Assembly: GCA_039621445.1 (NCBI GenBank)
Contig: CP154954.1
Location: 16,324,140 to 16,388,139 of the forward strand
DNA length: 64,000 bases
Origin: Euglena gracilis
Lineage: Eukaryota
Direction of reading: 5' to 3'
A program made the translations under genes and the position numbers. The notes beneath the pieces are model-generated. The model was not told the DNA's origin and ran no database searches. It worked only from the letters and a program-made list of their open reading frames with translations. Shown piece by piece: positions 11,912 to 24,190 of the stretch; within the stretch, counting starts at the first letter, position 1; every line of letters starts with the position of its first letter.

Positions 11912-13346
11912 CAAGCACCTCTGGTCAGCCATGCCCTTGGGCCCAGCATCGCCCAGCATCGCCCAGCATCGCCCAGCATCGCTCAGCATCGCCCAGCATC
12001 GCCTTTGGAGCCCTTGAAGGTGTACCTATAATGCCTGCTGCTTTTGCCGCTCTAGCCCACTTTTGGTTACTTTTCGCCGTCTTTGGTTGCTTTTTGACCA
12101 CTTTGACCACTTTTTGACTGCTTTTTGCCCACATTGACCACTTTTGACTGCTTTTTGACCACTGTTGCCCACATCTGCTGCCTTTTGACCAATTTTGACT
12201 GCTTCTTGACCACTTTTGCTGCTTTTTGCCCACCTTTGCCCATTTCCAACCACCTTTGCAGCTTTTTGATCACTTTTGCTGCTTTTTGACCACTTTTGGC
12301 CCCTTTTGCCTGCTTTTTGACCACTTTTGACAACTTTTGTTGCTTTTCGACCACTTTTGCCCACGTTTGCTACTTTTTGCCCACTTTTGGCCATTGTTGC
12401 TGCTTTTTGATCACTTCACTTTTTTGATGCCCACTTTTGCTGCTTTTTGACCACTTTTGCCCACTTTTGCCCACTTTTTTACCACTTTTGTTGCTTTCTG
12501 ACCACTCTTACCCACTTTTGCCTGTTTTTTTACCACTTTTTGACCACTTTTGCTGCTTTTTGCTGGAGGATGTGGTGCAGGCCAGTGAGATGGCAACTTC
12601 GAGTGCAAGTTTCAAGCCTCTTGCCGGTCAGACAAACAAAGTCCAAATATCTGCGTCTTGTCCAGTATCTGCATCTTGTCCAGCAACTGCATCTTGTCCA
12701 GCATCTGCTTCTTGTCCAGCAACTGCATCTTGTCCACCATCTGCATGTTGTCCAGTGTCTGAATCCAGTTCATCTTGTCCAGCATCGGCATCTTGTCCAG
12801 TATCTGCATCGTGTCCAGCATCTGCATCTTGTCCATTATCTGTCCAGTATTCATCTGTTGGCTCCTGACCAAGCCAAGATAACCACAAAAGCCCAAAAAT
12901 GACCACAAAAAACCTAAAATTGACCACAAAAAGCCCCAAAAAGCAACTAAAATAACCAAAAATTGTCCAAAAACACCAACAATGTCCACAAAAGATTGTG
13001 AGAAATGACCCAAAATCACCAAAAAGGCGCAAAATGGCCAAAAATGGTATAAAATCTGCTCAAAAAGGCCCCAATTAGCCCAATATTTGCCAAATCAGTG
13101 ATAAATAGCCCCCAAATTAGCAAAAATTGACCCGTTATGGCCAAAATGGGTGTAAAGCTGGAGCTTTGTGGGGAAATTATCCCAAAAATAGTTCAATTCT
13201 CCACAATATACAAAAAATGCCAGCATCGCCCAGCATCGCCCAGCATCGGAACCCCACCTCTGGTCTCCAAAAATCCAGCATCGCCCAGCATCGCCCAGCA
13301 TCGCCCTGCATCGCCCAGCATCGCCCAGCATCATCAGAGGTGCTTG
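11912..13346. mobile_element. Non-autonomous TIR element with 8-bp TSD (P- or hAT-like)
   Basis: Perfect 12-bp TIR CAAGCACCTCTG / CAGAGGTGCTTG. TSD GTCCCGGC at 11904-11911 and 13347-13354. Subterminal (GCCCAGCATC)n arrays at both ends; internal ACCACTTTTG-type satellite at 12050-12560. Confidence 0.85.
12640..12864 (-). CDS. Putative exon encoding acidic hexapeptide repeat (GQDADA)n
   Basis: CAG acceptor at 12865-12867, then EPTDEYWTDNGQDADAGHDADTGQDADAGQD...; in-frame 18-bp tandem repeat. 3' boundary uncertain. Confidence 0.4.
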
Positions 13347-13574
13347 GTCCCGGCCGAAGGCCAGGCCAGAATTATTTTAAAAGACTTCCCGCCGATGTTG
13401 TGCGGGTGTGTTGGTGGGAGGGTGGACCCCCTCCCCGACTGCCAGGGTGGGTGAGCAATTTTTTGTGGAACCGCCCTCCCTTCTGGGGGTTAGGGTTAGG
13501 GTTAGTGTAGCCATCGTGGGGTGAACGTTAATACCCCCCCCGGAGGTGGTACTAAAATTCTCACCTGCCACATG

Positions 13575-13845
<271 letters not shown>

Positions 13846-16800
13846 GGCAGCAAGCCACTACTTGGTCCGCGGGTCAAGTAGTAGCTCCATAGGGGGGGGG
13901 GGTTGCTCCTGCGTCCGCCGGTCCCCTCAGTTCGGCCCCGCGGGGCCGGAACAGCGCCGGATCCGGGCAAAAAACGGTCAGACCGCGGAGATTTCCCACT
14001 TAATTGAAGGAATAGGGTTAGGGTTAGGATCGGCCCACCGAAGATGGGCACCTTTCGGGGACCAAGTTCGGTTGGAAGTTGGGTCCCAGTTTGGGAAGAT
14101 TTTGGAATCGCCCGTTTTCCACCAAAAGGCCCGAATTCGACCGAAATTCCCCCCGAATTTGTCCGCCGTGGTGGCACCACCAGTGGCACCGCGGGCCGTT
14201 CAACCACTTTTCTTTTTTTCCTTTTTAACTTGGCCTTGTTACAGTTGGCCTGCGGCCACAACTTGCAACCTTGGCCCCAAAATTTTAATATTCTCGCCAA
14301 TTTGTGCACAGTTTACCGAAATTCTTACGGCCATCCATTGTGGCCCCAGCAAGCGTTGCCACCCGGGGGGGGGGGGGGGGGGGGACGCTTTGGTCTGAGG
14401 GGATAGCTGCCTCCACTACCTTGTTGGGCCGGTGCTGCTGGTTCCCTCTTCAAGACGTTGACACAAAATTTGCCAAGATACTGCCGACATTTCTTTTCCC
14501 GAAAAACTCTCTGTTGACCATTGCAAAGCTGTACCCCAGTCCCTATGTCAACAGAAAGACAGCCTGAATGGTTCGTCCCCATATGCGCGTAACGATTCGT
14601 CCAACGATCCATAAACCTCGAATCAAATCAAAAAGACCTCAAACGGCCAAAAAAAAGTTCAGAAATGATCAAAAGCGGCCAAAGCAGCTAAAACAGTGTG
14701 GCCGAATGTGGCCAAAATGGCTGAAAACGTCAAACAATAGCAAAAAATGCCGACATCGCTTTGCATTGCCCTGCATCCCAAAATCAAGAACCTCACCTTA
14801 GACTCCACAATTACTGCATCGCCCTGCACCATCCCAGCGCCCTGGACTCGATTGAACGTTAGGCCAGGGTACCAACCATGCGTAAAATAAGCCAAAACGC
14901 CCGAAAATTGGGCGCAAAGTTGCAAATTAAAGCTGAAGTTTAGGGAGGTCAAGTTTGCATGTAAGGAGGAGGGGGGGGCCAAGCGCCCGGGGGGGGGGGC
15001 AAGCGCCTGGGGGGGGTACCAACCCCCAAAGATTTCCAGCCAAGCCATGCAAGGAACCTGTGGATCGAGTCTGGGCCCGCAGACGCGAGAGCCAAAGCTA
15101 TTACACACGCAACGCAGAGGACAAGCGACACGCGACTATGGAGCTTGGAATCGTTATAGCTTCCAAGGAGCTCTAAAAACAAGAGCGCAAAGAATTGGGG
15201 CTGTTGATTCATCAGATGGGAACGCCACCAGAATGGTCCCGGGGCTTGGCCCACGCCTGCAGGACACAGGCCGCAAATGTGTCACCGTGGGGGAAGGGCA
15301 GGGTAAAAAATGAGCGGGGACAGGGGGGGGTAGGACCCCCTGGAGGGCGTGTGGGTCGGACCCCCCCTCCCCCCGTGCAAAAAAATATCTTTACAGCTCT
15401 TTGCACCGGAAAAAAAATGGGCCTTTAAAAGGGCAAAAAAAAAAAGCATTTTTGAAAAATTGGTCAAAACATACGGCGAAAATTTCATTTTCCCGGCGAG
15501 AAGCGCTGGAAAATTGTTCTTGGTTCCTGGGGAGGGATTTTAGCATGAGCCACTTGTGCAGGATCACTGGAGATTTTGGACAAAATAATACTTCTTGCCT
15601 GTCCCACTAGTTCCTGTAGGACGTCCCACTACTTATACCCCCACTTACTGTGATTCACACATCCCCACACAGTGATTCTGAAAATGCACCCGAAATTTCT
15701 GGGTTTATCCCAACCCCCCAACCCACACAGTCCCCCCACTAAGGCCAGTGGGGGTGCCAATTTTTCCAGTATATGACATTTGTGGTCCAAGATTGGGGGT
15801 GTTTGTTGGGAAACAGTTTTGTTGGGCAAACGGTGCCACTATCGGTCATCTGGCCTCCCCCTGGGGGGTGTAGAGCCCAAAAAACCGATCAGTTAATCTG
15901 TAATCACCCCTGGTGGCGGGGGCTAGTGGGGAAAACAGTGAGGAATGGTATGGCTTTGTTGGCATCAAGGTTGACATCAGGATCAAGCAGTTTCAGTGAC
16001 ATGGTTTTTAAACCATCCACGACTTCTTCTTCGCAGCCACCGTGAAAGCCCTGAGACCTGCAAGGAAAATTGAGCCTGGGGATGGCGTTGCTTGCAGGCT
16101 GTTGTCCTTTTGAAACCACCGTTGGATTGCTTCGGCACTGGATTTCTGCTAGTTGAGACACCCACCCAATATCTTTGAAGAAAATGTGCCGAATGCACAG
16201 TACCCCCCCCCCCGGGCGTTTGGCCACACTCCTCCTTACATGCAAACTTCGCCCCTGTAGAGATGGCCTTTGGACTTTTGCACATGGCCGCCAAAATTCT
16301 TCAGATGCAAACTTAGCCCCCTTAAGGTTGGCCCCCTGGCCTTACCTTCATGGCCTGGGCCAAGCACCCGGGCGGGGGACAGCAAGAAGCAAAATTTGGC
16401 TAGACTGACCGATGGTCCTGTCAGCCATTTCATGCAAAGTTTGCGTTAATGTGGTCTCGATGCTGCCAAAGCCGCAAAACCATCAAGTGTGTACGCGCGC
16501 GCGCGCGCGTGTGTGTGTGTCATGAATTTCACCGTTTTTGAATTTTTGATAAACAGGAACCTTTGCAGTCTTGAAGTCGTTCAAACATTGAACTTGTGTT
16601 CGGCTCCTGTGGATCTGGAAAAAAAACAGCCTTTTTGCAAGTCGCTGTAAAAATATGTGTGGTGTCGTTGCCAGGGAAACGGTGCCCCAGATCAGCCAGA
16701 GGGCAGCTGGCGGCAAACGTGTATACCAAACAGGCGAGGGCAAGGCTCCCCGTTCAACCGGTGCGACATGCGCAATGTGAAAAGGCCTTTCGCTGGTGCA

Positions 16801-18224
16801 ACCAGGGGCTCAGTTGAGGCTGAGTTGGTACAAATGATCGCACACGCGCGCACGCACACACACACACACACACACACACATGCACACGCACACACACACA
16901 CATACATATCAGCCATAAATCACCCTGGTAGTTACCTTCAAGGTAAGTGAATGGTGGCGGGGAGGGGGCAAAATCTACAACAAGGACTTCACGGTTTCTA
17001 ACATTTTTGGAACTTTGGAACTTGTATTTTTTCAAAAAAATGCCAAAATAAGGGGAAATGCAAGCTTTGGGGGTGAAGAGAAAATGCAAACTGCATCATT
17101 TATATCATTGACAGAATCCAGGTAGTGGCAAATAGGCATCTTTTCAGAAAGCTTCACCCCGGAGTGCTTTCCCATTAGCATTACCCAAATACTCGCACGG
17201 GGGGCACGGGGGGTCGAAAATGAACCCCCCTTGCCTGACCATTCACAAGGGAGCATTGACTGTAATGGCAATTTTCTCAAACCAAACCAAACCTTTCTTT
17301 CCCAAACCAAAGCCCCCCAGGGGGGTTTCCTGTCATGGCACGCCATAGCCCAACGCACCCCCCTCCCCAAGGGTTGTTAAAGAAAACCTAATGGACCAAA
17401 AAAAAAAAGACGACAAAGGCCAAAAATAGCCAAAAATGTACAAAACGGCCAAAAGTGGCGAAAATGGCTTAAAATATCGAACGTTGACAGAAGAAAACTT
17501 CCGCTCATCGCCCTGCCGCCTGCAACAGAACCCAAGCTTTGGCCCAAGCTTGGGAGATGCAGCATCGTCAAACGTGCTTGGTCGGCAGGGAGTCGCATCC
17601 AGAGGGGAGATATACCTGTGCCAAAGATCCAGCTGAACAATCATCTCTGAGGTTATGACAGTCCCCTTTCTGTCAAAAAAATTTCAAGTCTGGACGATTG
17701 ATGGGTGGGTATCCAACTTTCCATCACTCTTAAGCTTTTCAGAAAGCCAGAAGATCTGACACCACAGAGTGTGGGCCGAGAGGTGCCTTGGGCTGGTCAT
17801 TCCGGTGCGGTGGAACAGCTACACAAAGCCACCTGGCATCCAGAACACACACGCACGCACGCACGCACGCATGCGCGCGCACACACTGGCACTAGAACGC
17901 GCACTGACGGGCTGCACAGGTGTCCGCTGCCCCAATCCTGCGCATTATCCATTATTTCTCAAATTATGGGCTATTTATACACGGATTTGCTTATTTGAAA
18001 TTTACTGGTTTTTTTTATTCAGCTTGAGTTCTCTGATGTGAAAAAAAGAGCAGATACGGAAGCATAAACACCTGAATGGCCAAGCCTTCACTTAAGGGCC
18101 CCCCAGAGGGTGTGTCGAACTGAATTGACACTAGCTGGAAAGCCTCGCTGGAAACAAAAATACTTCAGAGTCGCAGCTGGCTGCAAAAAAAATTGTTCCC
18201 GGTGGTCGCAATAAAAAAAAAACA

Positions 18225-18312
18225 ACGACTACAACAGCAGCAGCAGCAGCAGCAGCAGCAAAAACTTGTTGTTGTTGTTGTTGTCATTATCATTATCATT
18301 ATCATTATCATT

Positions 18313-18343
<31 letters not shown>

Positions 18344-18373
18344 ATGCTGTTGTTGTTGTTGTTGTTATTGTTC

Positions 18374-18409
<36 letters not shown>

Positions 18410-18435
18410 CATTACTATTATCATCATCATCATCG

Positions 18436-18529
<94 letters not shown>

Positions 18530-18606
18530 CGTCGTCGTCGTCGTCGTCGTCGTCGTTGTTGTTGTTGTTGTTGTTGTTGTTGATGCTGTTGTTGTTGTTG
18601 TTGTTG
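18225..18606. repeat. Compound trinucleotide microsatellite (CAG/TTG/ATC/TCG); copy 2 at ~41670-42037
   Basis: Read directly from sequence; block lengths differ between the two copies. Confidence 0.95.
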
Positions 18607-19650
18607 GTGCAAAAAATGTATGGTGTTACATAATGAATCATGTTATGTGTACAATTTATGCCAGAATATTACAAGTTGTGCAACCTCTGTTTGTAATAAA
18701 GCTGGTTTGAAAACGTGCCTAAAAATGCGGGACTGCAAATTCTTTTAGGACCTGGGGGGGTCAGCACTTGGGGTGGGCCACAATTGCAGGGAGGGGAAAA
18801 ACGCAACATGGACCCTCAAAAACGCGATGCAAACAAATGAAAAATAAACGTAAAAAAAAAATGCAAAAAAAACGGTAATTGCATGTAAAATCCTTTGCTA
18901 GCTGCGGAGCCACGGAGCTCCCCCCGAAATGCAATTTCAGCCTGAGGGGCTTAAATTTCAGCTCCATCAGGGCAGATTTTTCATTTCGCATAAAGATATG
19001 CAATTTGTTGGCAAAAATTGCAAAATTGGGGACATTGGGGGCAAAATGAGGAATTTTTCATTCTCCAAAAAATTCCAGCAAAATCGAAAAATCGCTGCAA
19101 AAAAACAAAAAGAGCACAAATTTTGCCAAAATCAAAAAAAAACACAAAAGAAAACTACAAAAAAAAAACGCGTTCCCCCCCCGCACATTTGAAAACGAGG
19201 ATTGGGTGGCCAACGTTGGGGTGCCTAACTTATATTCACTATTCTCGGCGGGTCATATCCAAAAATAGGGTCAAATTCAAATGGCCCTGGGCAAGGTTGC
19301 ACTTTGAGGTGAGAGACGTATGGGGACGTCAAGTTTGCAAATGCAAATAACCACTTGACAATTCTCCGGACAACCCTGTTTTTTTTTTGCGACAACCTTA
19401 GATGCAGAAAATGAAGACCTTTTCTGTATTTAAATCCCGGCCCCAAATGCTTTCAACCGAATTCTTATTCACGATTAACACGTGAACGTCTCATAACTGG
19501 TTGTACATGCCAAAATTTGGCAAACTCGACAGAAAAACTTCTGGGAAATTGTGAGATACACCAAAATATTTGGAACGTGAGTACGGGTGAGGAAGTCATG
19601 TCGCGCGTTCTTTAAAAGCTGGAGAGGGGAGTCCCCTGAAGCATCCACTC

Positions 19651-21244
19651 CAGGGTTTCCCTCCCATTCGTGGTGGGGACCGCCATTTCTGATTTGTGAT
19701 TATTCGTGATTATTCGTGATTATTCGTGATTATTCGTGATTATTCGTGGTTCCAAAAATCCGCCCGGTTTTCAGCTAAATGATGGACTGCTGGGATGCCA
19801 GCAGGAAGCAGGGCGGTCCTTAAGCAAAAAAAAAAAAAAATCCCGTCCCGACAAATCCAATGAAAAATCCATAGGGAAAAATGACCAAAAAATTGGCGAT
19901 ATTTTGGCAAAAAAAAAAACGGGTCGACTGGGAAAAAAAGTGATTTCTGACACCCTTGAATTGTCGTCCATCCACCCAAAATGTCAAAAAGTGTGTGTTT
20001 CGACTTTTGAATTTTGGACTCCGTTCAAATCCTGGTCGCTCTTCGCCGGCCTTGGTCGGCCCTTAGGCCGGGGGGGGGGGGGCGGTCCTTAACGAAAAAA
20101 AAACTTCCCGTCCCTTATGGACCGCCCTAGCAGCAGGGCGTTGCTTAAGGACCCCCCCGGGGGGGTCCAGCTCAGAGGCTGGAAGATTTGGGCTGGCTGG
20201 AAAAAGGGCCGGGGTCAAATTTTCTTAAGCAACACCCTGCCTGGCAGGAAGAACAATGCTTTTGGATTGGAAATGCCTCCCCCACTGGGGGGCGGTCGCT
20301 AAAATGGCCAATGTATGTCTCCGACCAGGGGGGGAGGGTGGTCGTTGGACAAGGGGGGGGGGGGTGGACCCCAAGTCGGAGGAAAAGTGACCGAAGATGG
20401 GGGGGGGTATATGGCCATTTTGGACTGTTTTTGGCCATTCTTGCCATTTCTTGATATTATGGTTGGCACTTTTGGCCATTTTTGGGCATTTTTGGGTATG
20501 TTTAGGCATTTTTGGGTATTTTTAGGCATTTTAACCACGTTTCGCCTTGATTGGTCGCTTTTGGCCACCTTTGGCAGCTGTTGGCCACACTATGGCCCCC
20601 CTTTGGCCCATTTTTGGCCTCTTTGGGCAATTTTTGGTGACTTTTGGCCATTTTTGCCCTTTTTTGCCAATTTTTCTTGGCTTTTGGCCATTTTGGGCCA
20701 CCTTTGGCCATTTTTAGGCTATTTTGGTCATTTTTGACTGTTTTTGGCCAACTTTTAGCAATTTTGGCCGAACCAACATCGTATGTATACAAAAAGATCA
20801 CCTCTGACTGGGGGAGAGGGTGGCCGTCAGACAAGCCCCGTCGTTGGACAAGGGGGGGGTACACATAATTAACAACATTGTACCTCTGCATCATCATTGT
20901 GTGAGCGTTCCATTGTCCAAACAAACCCCCTTTTTGGCTGGAAACATGATCCATCACAAAAGCAGAAAGCAAAGTTGCTCGCGGCCAGTGTTGTTGCGCG
21001 ACAGTGAAGCGGTCCCCAACCTCATCGTCAGAATCCGAAGATGACATTTTCTAAAGAACAAATAAAACACAGTTCCGAATGCTGAATGGCTACATTTGTA
21101 AAGAAAAATAATTCCCAGGAAAAAAATCTCATTCGTGATTATTCGTGATATTCATGATTATTCGTGATTTTCGAAAAATCCGAAATTCGTGGTGATTCGT
21201 GATTATTCGTGATTATTCGTGCCACGAATCAGAGGGAATCCCTG
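19651..21244. mobile_element. Non-autonomous hAT-like element
   Basis: TIR CAGGGTTTCCCTCCCATTCGTGG / CCACGAATCAGAGGGAATCCCTG. 8-bp TSD ATCCACTC at 19643-19650 and 21245-21252. Subterminal (GATTATTCGT)n arrays at both ends; smaller nested CAGGG-terminated elements at ~19809-20240. Confidence 0.88.
20770..21047 (-). CDS. Putative coding fragment MSSSDSDDEVGDRFTVAQQHWPR... inside the hAT-like element (copy 2 starts at 44479)
   Basis: Pyrimidine-rich tract and TAG acceptor 3 nt before the ATG; acidic Ser-rich N-terminus. No recognisable domain; the rest of the ORF is repeat-derived. Confidence 0.3.
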
Positions 21245-23985
21245 ATCCACTCTCCCCCCTGGGGTTCAACATTCGAAAAATACCTGGATTCCACCCAAAT
21301 AAAATCAAGGGTGGACATTGGGGGGGGACAACCCAAACCCGAACCAACACCCAAACATTAATACCTATCTCCAACAACAAACCATCATAAGCAATAATGT
21401 GAAAATTGTGAATGTTTCAATCAGTTTTTTTTTTTGGAGGCAATCCGCCTGGAGCTGTAGCTGGTCTTACCACATTCCGCACAAAGGGCCACTCAGTAAG
21501 CCTGCCTCACCACACTATCTGCCCAACGTCGAAGACGCCTGGCCAATGCCGTGCTGTCTTCATCGGTCAAACAGGAAGGCAGCACCTTGCAGGCCACAGG
21601 CAGCTGTAGCGGACACCAGGAAGGGGGTGGGAGAGGTTTGGTTTTGCCGCCGAGGGGAAGGCAATGTGGGGCCAGCCATGCCAACAAACCGGCGTCCCAG
21701 TCGCCCAGGCCAGGTGACTGGCATGGATTAGCCACCTACCCCTTGGGAGGATGGGGTTTGGACTGACCCCCTGTAAAATTTCTGGACCAATCTCTTCGGG
21801 CACCTTGTCAGTATCCAAAAAACATTCATGGACCTATTCATGAATGCGCTTTGGAAAAAGCAATTTGGTGTCAAATGGCTTCAATTCAGAGGACAACAAA
21901 AAATTCTAGCATTTCGGGTTATTGTTGTCCATCAGACTTTTTGGAGTTAACATTTTGTCAAAAAAAAAACTAAAAAATTGCTGTGAAAAGCCAATAGGGA
22001 GAATCTGTCCAGTTTGGTGGGATCTCTGGGTATCCTGTGGGGTTTGATGCAGGTGATGGTGTCTGAGAAAGAATCCTGTTTGGGTCACTGGAACCCCCCC
22101 CCAAGACTGAGGTGCACTCAGGGTCAATACAGTCGGGCCGGAAAGAGATTTCAGAATTCATTTGGGGGGGGGGGGCGTCGATGTCCCCAAGGAGTTGCAG
22201 AGGTCCCCAGAAACAACCTCACGTTGATTTTTCCACGGACACTATCTGCATCTGCCTGGTGGCATGGACGACCGACCTACCTCCCCCCCCCCTTGTCGTT
22301 GACATGCCAATGTTCCAGGAGAGTGCCGTTTACACGGGGGGGGGGTGTCAACGACACGCCATGTCAATGTCACTGTGATTCAATAGGTAGTGTTCCAGAA
22401 AAGTGTCGTTGACACGGGGTGTGTGTCAACGACACGCCGTGTAAACGACAAGTGGGGGGAGGTACCTTCTCCTTTCCTCCAAAAAACTGACCTGCTGATT
22501 TTGCACAATTCTGATGAGAGGCTTTTGATACCCCCCCCCGTCAACTTTGCGACGAACACAAACCCAAGGTATCGCAAGGCCCTACTACTACCGATACTAA
22601 ATGCCTGACCTTGCCTGCGGTGGCCTGACTACCGTGTCGACACAGTGGTGCCCTGATTTACATTGGTGTGAAATAACAAGTGTGGCCCACACTGTCCATC
22701 GGATGGGGAGGGGCCAAAAGCAAGTAATCGCAGAAGGGAACCAACGTTTCTGCCTAGAATCCTCGGAAAGGGAATTTCCCCTGCGTATCAAGGAGTGGCT
22801 GGGGTTGTCAGCAACCCCGGCTGTCCTGGCACGGTGGACAGGCCACGCGTGGCACAGGGCGGGGCGCGGGCGCAAACGGGTTAAAAAACAGCCAATGGCG
22901 GGCGGGGAGGGGGGGGGGGCAAGAGAGACAGAACCACATGGGTTGCGTGGCAGCACAGGGTTGGCTTGTCTCATACTCATGCAAAATGTGCAATTTGCCA
23001 CCCCGGTGCCTGTGCATTGCCTTTCAGGGTTCCTCCCGTTTCCGTGCTGGCCGAGGCTAAAATGTACCCGTGATTTTCCATGATTTTCCGTGAATTTCCT
23101 TTTTTTTAAAAAAAAAAGTCGAAATCATTTTCCATATCTAATCATATCCCTCTGCCTCATCCGTGAATTTCCGTAAATTTTCGCAATTTCTGTAAAAATG
23201 GCCTCCCGCCTTTTCCGTGATCCTCCATGAATTTCAATTAATTTCCTTTTCAGGAAATGGGAGGATCCCTGTGTTTTTACACTGTTGAGAAACGATTCTC
23301 TTCGTTTCACATCATCACCAAAAAGGTAAAAATTACTTTTCCTATTACAAATAAATCACATCAGTGAAAACTTAAAAAAGCATGGGGGTGGGCGAAAAAG
23401 AATTTGCCTCCTCCAAGAAAAACTGGTGACTTAATTCTGAGGACATTCGGAGGAATCGTTTCTGATTGAAGCGAGCAACGCTTCCGCTTGTGGTGGTCCT
23501 GCCCATCCCGGCATGCCAACTGTAGGTTGCGTGCTGGTCCGCTTGCATGGAGGCAAAAAAAACAGCGCACGAACGTAGAAATTGAACATCACAAGTATTA
23601 GCAAAACCTTTTCGTAACTGCTGATGAGTTGGGGAAAGACTTCAGATCGGGTGGCTGATGTTTCTTTGGGTGAACATATGGAAAAGAACTTTGATTTTCG
23701 CCGAAATTCTGGTGGCACCACTTTTCAGAAAATACACTGCCATCGTCCAGAATCAAATATGTCATATCCGAAGAACTAAAGCAGACAACAAAACGCCATT
23801 CCTTTCCCCGTCCAGCCTCACCCCTGTGAATGGAACCCGAAAGAGCAAATCCAGGAAAACCAAGCACTGTCAACAGTCCAGACAAGGGGACAGTTGGTGC
23901 AGCAAAAGTATTGAAACCACCGCGGGCAAGGGGGGGAGTTTCGGGCCAGGAAACAGCATTTTGCAATCTGGGGAAGCAACCCTGC

Positions 23986-24190
<205 letters not shown>

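Noticed and set aside
11941-12560. CRISPR-like array
   Set aside because: Contiguous degenerate decamers with no unique spacers and no cas genes, in a eukaryotic context.
22956-23984. Additional CAGGG...CCCTG hAT-like pairs
   Set aside because: TIR-like ends are visible, but no matching TSD could be found, so boundaries are unsupported.
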